From assembly GCA_964252035.1 (NCBI GenBank), contig OZ176217.1: a stretch of 64,000 nucleotides of DNA. One strand, 5' to 3'. This DNA is from Podarcis erhardii. Taxonomy: Eukaryota. Both the position numbers and the translations under genes were made by a program. The notes beneath the pieces were generated by a model, which was given only the letters and a program-made list of their open reading frames with translations, made no database searches and was not told the DNA's origin. Positions 1 to 64,000 of the stretch are shown here, one piece after another (position 1 is the stretch's first letter; the number at the start of each line of letters is the position of its first letter).

Positions 1-129
1 AAGCTGGTCAAGGCCCTGTTGTCCCACCAATAAAATATGACTACCGCTTTGCTCTAGTGCAATGCCTTTTAATCTGGGCTGGCGCTGTCTTCCCTCCTTC
101 CCCTGCGCTTATAATTTAAACACAGTTAC

Positions 130-420
130 CTCCAGCCCCTCAACAATCTCTCTGATCTCTTCCTGCTTCTGCTGGGCTCTTTGGGTCTGACGACGCAGCT
201 CCTCCAGGCCCCGCTCATAGAAGTCGGAGCTGCATCTGATCTTGTCAAGCTTCTGCGTCGTGGACTCGTAGAGGTCACTCAGTGTGCTGGCAAACTGCAT
301 TACCCCATAGAAAAGAATGTTTACCTCCTGCAGAGCCGCGGGCTGCTGCTGGCCTGTGAGGATAGGGGCAAGCATGGCTGCAGAAGGCAGCAAGATACTC
401 AGGAATAGGAAAGTCAGCAT
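130..420 (-). CDS. ANGPTL8: Angiopoietin-like 8 (lipasin/betatrophin), coding exon 1 (97 aa); later exons lie left of the window
   Basis: ATG at 420 in good Kozak context (cagccATG); the ORF-track start at 435 is a TTG. Signal peptide MLTFLFLSILLPSAAMLA, then EVNILFYGVMQFASTLSDLY, which aligns without gaps to human ANGPTL8 EELTLLFHGTLQLGQALNGVY, then a coiled coil. Phase-0 donor GAG|GTAACT at 130/129 falls at the position equivalent to the end of human exon 1. Antisense in the DOCK6 intron before exon 15, as in mammals. Confidence 0.88.
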
Positions 421-470
421 GGCTGTGACTTGCAAGCCAATGGAAAAAACGAAGGAAGTAAGCCTGCCGC

Positions 471-476
471 TTTATA
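471..476 (-). promoter_or_regulatory. TATA box of ANGPTL8
   Basis: Minus strand reads CATATAAAG about 50 nt upstream of the ATG, implying a TSS near 445 and a short 5'UTR. Confidence 0.6.
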
Positions 477-1217
477 TGCAGAAGCGAGGGAGGGGTCTGA
501 TGGGGAAAGAGACGATTGAGCTGGACTGAGCAACCCACTCCAGCATTTAATGAGCCAGCAGTATTTTAATCCTGGGCTCTCATCCCACACTTAGCATGGG
601 CACAGAACTTCTGACCTGGGGCAACAGAGTTGCACAATGCTGGCAGATGGCAGCTTATTGCAGAGGTACCTAAAGGCTAACTTTGGATTCTGGCACCTCT
701 TAACGGTTGCAAGAGGTTGCGGGGAGGGGAAGGTGGCGTGTCTGTCCAAATGCTGGCTATGTTTATCCTGGCTGGGCTGTGGGATGGAGCAACGTGATGT
801 AATCCGCTGCCTCTTGGAGAGGGTGGCATGAAGGACTGGCGTGATGCAAAGACTTGATGCTCCAAAGGTCTCCTGCTCTTTTACCTTTATGGACTGAGCA
901 TGCTCTGCGCATATGGAACTCTGACCAACTGCGGGCAGAGAATGGGAGACCAGAGGGGCAGGAAATGGAGTAGGAGCTGTTGGTGGGCTGAAACTCTGAA
1001 CAGAACACATTTTAAGTTATCTGCATAGCCTGTGAAAATCCCTACTAAGTTGTACCTTAATCTTTGAGTGCAACTGATTCCCAGCAGGTGTACATTAATT
1101 TCTTTTGCAGATAAGGAAAAGGTGTTCTGGCAATCGCATCAGTTATGGGTCTCTCTGCCATGTACACATTTGCTGCCGCTCTCCCTCAGAACTGTAAAGA
1201 TTCCCCTTCTCTTGCAG

Positions 1218-60554
<59,337 letters not shown>

Positions 60555-62631
60555 AAAGGGAAGCCCCCGCTGGAACGGACCACCTGAAAAACTGCAGGGA
60601 CCATTCGCGGGAGGGAACTACTGAGCCTTGCATCCCCCAGGGTTGCCGCCAAGCAGGAAGGCAGGCTGCTTGCTCTGTTCTGGGAGGCCAACGCTGAGAC
60701 TTGGAGTACCCTCCCATGTCATTCCAGGCTCTCTCCAGGATGTGGGCCAGTCGGACACTTCAAGAGGAAGGAGACATCTCTGTGGGAGCTGGCGGTGGGA
60801 GTTATCTGGCTCCCACATTTGCGCAGCTCAGGGCTGTGCCCCACCCTCAGGAAGCCTTGCAGTGCACAGCTTTCTCGATGAAGCACCCCAGCTGTGAGAC
60901 CATCTGCAGATCCTCTTCCCTAATGAACTGAAGATTTGCTTTTGCTCTCATGGGCCTTTGACTTCCACAAAGAATAGCCAGATTTGAAACTCTGGGTATG
61001 GTTGCAGTTGGAGGCCCACCCAGCGTGGATTCTGTGTTGTCTTCTGACTTGACAGCTGGGCTCAGCCCAAAAACCTAGGTTTCCCCCTTTCTCCTGATCT
61101 GTTTTTGACACTCCCCTTTTTGGCTACCAACCACATAGAGTTGCCAGCTATTTGTTCATGAATCAACAAGAATGACAGGACCAAGTTCTTGTTCCCATTC
61201 CTGACTGGAGAGGGTGGGGAGAAGAGAGAGAGAGGCAGTGGTCTCTGAGGTTGAGTTAGGGGGCTGAAACCTAGGACACCTGGGTTCGCTTCTCACCTTT
61301 GGAGGTGAACAAGTCCTCTTGCACTAAGAGCTTGATATGTCCACCCAGTGCTTGGGCTGAAACCCAGGAGGTCCTGACCCCATACTTCCTCCTCTCTTCC
61401 CTCCAGCCCCTTCCCAGGAGCTCCTGACTGCCGGTTTTTATGTAGCTGGTCACCAAGTGATGGCCTTCTGCCAACTGCCTTCTGGGACCCTCAGCTTCCT
61501 CACTTGCAGCACGGGCCAAAGACCCTTCCCTATTTCACATGTCTCTTGCTATACCCTTTCGGAGGCAGGGGCTAGTATTTGCACGCACACTTGATCACAG
61601 CAGTGCCTTCTAGAGTGAGCAGAGGAGTTCTGTTCCCCTCCTTCCGCCCCCCAAAATGCCAAGGGGGAGGGGCTGTGTGCATTTGTTCGTTAAGAGGATG
61701 AATGAACTGTGAGCATCCCTCACCTTCGTCAGTGCCTCTCCCCCACCTTCCCAAGCATGCGGTAGTGAAGGAAAATCACCGCTGCAGGCTCGAGTTGAGT
61801 TTAGACTTTGATCTCACTCTTATAGGAATGAACATCCTTCTCCTGGGGGAGTAGTGATTAGCCCCTGCCCATAGTGGCAGAGCAAAGTGTATTTGGGAGA
61901 AATGGGTGTATTCTGCTTTCTTTAATAGGGGATGATTTGAGGATCGAGGGCAACGGCAAAATGCTCTTGTGTTTTTACTACTGGAGAGAGTAAATCCAGA
62001 TTTACTTGAAAGCAATGGGGAGCATTTCATCCGCATACATAGGATTAATCCAGATGATATTTCTGTATGGACTCCCTTGATTTGGACTAAGTATTTTTTT
62101 TCCTTGCTCAGTTTAGCATCATTTTTGGTGAAAGCAAAACAAGCTAGAACAAACAGATTTGTGTAAGCGGTGCTGATTCGGTTCCAAGTTTCTCCTTTTT
62201 GGTTTTTGTAGATTCGTACAGGCACTGGACCAATCCAACAGGTGAAACTTCCTACTGTTTCTCTCCCTTGCTCAGTAACCCCCCCCCTTCACATAACCAC
62301 CCAAAGACCTTTAAAAAAAATAAATAATTAACGGTTGGTGCTCTTTCCTAACAGTGGAAGACAAAAGGAGCTAAGTGCTGGAGTTCAGTTGCTTACTTAT
62401 AACCAAAGCTGCAACAGTTCAGATTCAAAATGTCATGTTCTCATGTTTAAGAAATGTCTTTCTCTCTGGATCAGAGTTCCACTCCTCTTACCTTGCTCCA
62501 GGCCAGATATTCTGGACATGGTAGATGCTACGTTTGTGCTATGGCCAGGCCAATGGTAAGCAGCTGAGATTTGATTTCTGTATGTCTTGCTCCTTGGTGG
62601 AGAAGTTTGTAAACATTTTATTTATAATGCC

Positions 62632-62637
62632 ATTAAA
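62632..62637 (+). terminator. Candidate DOCK6 polyadenylation signal ATTAAA (alternative AATAAA at 62319-62324)
   Basis: U-rich upstream sequence (TTGTAAACATTTTATTTATA) and GU/U-rich downstream sequence; implies a ~2.1 kb 3'UTR. Confidence 0.5.
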
Positions 62638-63029
62638 CAAAATCCAAAGAGACTGATTCTGTTCTTATTAATGAATAGGGTTGTGTCATTTGCTCACACT
62701 CATGTCACCTTGGAATCTGTACCAGCTACAGTTGTGCCATAAACTTCAGAATACAAGAACTAATCCAAGAGCCTAGTGAATCCAGAGAACCCAACTTTCC
62801 ATTTTTGAACTGGTCAAGTTTTAGGTCCTCATTGTTAGCAAGAACCCACGGATATGGGCAGAGTTTGCTTTGTGCTTTGAAATTTTAGGACACCCTTGGG
62901 ATAGGGCTGCTGTTGTCCCCTAATCCCTGTTCCTTCTCTGTTTTGACAGACTTGTTTTTCTAACCACCACAAACACCCTTTCTGCTGCCATTGACAAAAC
63001 TCAATGGCTCTGAATCCAAACATTTATCA

Positions 63030-63074
<45 letters not shown>

Positions 63075-63225
63075 TTATTATTTATACCCCGCCCATCTGG
63101 CTGAGTTTCCCCAGCCACTCTGGGCGGCTCCCAATCAAGTATTAAAAACAATACAGCATTAAATATTAAAAACTTCCCTAAACAGGGCTGCCTTCATATG
63201 TCTTTTAAAAATAGGATAGCTACTT
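63030..63225 (-). mobile_element. (AAT)~15 microsatellite plus short L2 3' fragment
   Basis: (AAT)n at 63030-63074, followed by TTTATTATTTATACCCCGCCCATCTGGCTG, the same L2 end as at 2795 and 37905. Confidence 0.8.
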
Positions 63226-64000
63226 ATTTGTTTAATGTGCAAACACTTAACTTCGGCTATGTGTATTTTCCAGGTGCTGATTGTGGCTATATTTCTAGTG
63301 CAGCCTTTTAGCCCTCCTGCACCAATGCTTCTGAATCACAAGTGCTGCAGTGCCAAGGACAAGGATGGGGCATTCAGGGGCCTAGAAAAATAAGCAGAGA
63401 AACTGTTTTGAGGAGAGGCATTTGCAAACAAGGAAGCCAAGAGAGGAGGAGGCGTATGAAGCAAAAAAAACTAACATGGAAGAGGCATGCGTTATGCAAA
63501 GCATTCCCAAGTACCACCTTGGTACTCTGCTGTCCAGGAACAAACAAAACAACAACATGGCGCAGGAGGGCTGACAGTTACAATGGGAAGAGTTTGAATC
63601 CCAAGGTGGAAGATCCAGCTTACAGACAAGGTTTCCCATTAACAGTGTGTGTTTGGTGCCCAGGTGCAGGGCAAAGGCGTAGCTGGTGCTCAGTGGGGCC
63701 TTGTTTGCAGACCATGGGTTGGTTTTGCAATTGTGCCTGGGCTTTTGCAAACCATCTGGACAACAAGCTAGTGAAAGAAGAGAGTGATGGAGGAGTTGAG
63801 CCCAAAGATAAGTGAGCCACAGGAAATCCCACAGGCGAGTGCTGGGGGTACCTGGTGTCTTGCAGTAACACAGGCAATTTGAAAAGAAAGGAAGTACGGG
63901 GAGCTTTCATCATTGAAGCTGCCATGCAAACCTATTGGCACACTGTGGGCTCTGTAATCACACTAGACCATCCATGGCACTTTAGTGCTTTCATGGTTTC

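Noticed and set aside
61231-61246. IRE-like hairpin in the 3'UTR (AGAGG-CAGTGG-TCTCT)
   Set aside because: It lacks the required bulged C 5' of the stem, and the stem comes from a GA repeat.
62660-64000. Start of the downstream neighbour gene (KANK2 in human)
   Set aside because: No CpG island or recognisable coding exon before the window ends; the ORFs there show no motifs.

Overview
Vertebrate genomic DNA, most likely a squamate and probably a lacertid lizard, judged from Sauria/Squam-type SINEs and the L2/CR1/L1/hAT/Tigger-like MITE repertoire. The window holds the 3' two-thirds of DOCK6 on the + strand. I traced 36 coding exons, all GT-AG and phase-consistent, from the DHR1/C2 domain through DHR2 to the stop at 60554. 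They match human exons 15-48 (including a 15-nt microexon) plus two in-frame cassette exons after exon 22, and are followed by a ~2.1 kb 3'UTR. Coding exon 1 and the TATA promoter of ANGPTL8 lie antisense in the intron upstream of exon 15, the same nested arrangement as in mammals. Introns carry many transposable elements: a 2.25 kb Chapaev3 (CMC) DNA transposon with TIRs, TTA TSD and a lightly damaged transposase; a 5'-truncated L1 with an uninterrupted 662-codon ORF2 remnant; an L1 fragment with a 30-bp TSD; three antisense solo-LTR candidates; and many SINEs and MITEs. There is one 160-N assembly gap. No prokaryote-type features, CRISPR arrays or bona fide tRNA/rRNA genes were found. Exon numbers are assigned by analogy to the 48-exon human gene, and comparisons with human proteins are from recalled sequences, not a database search.
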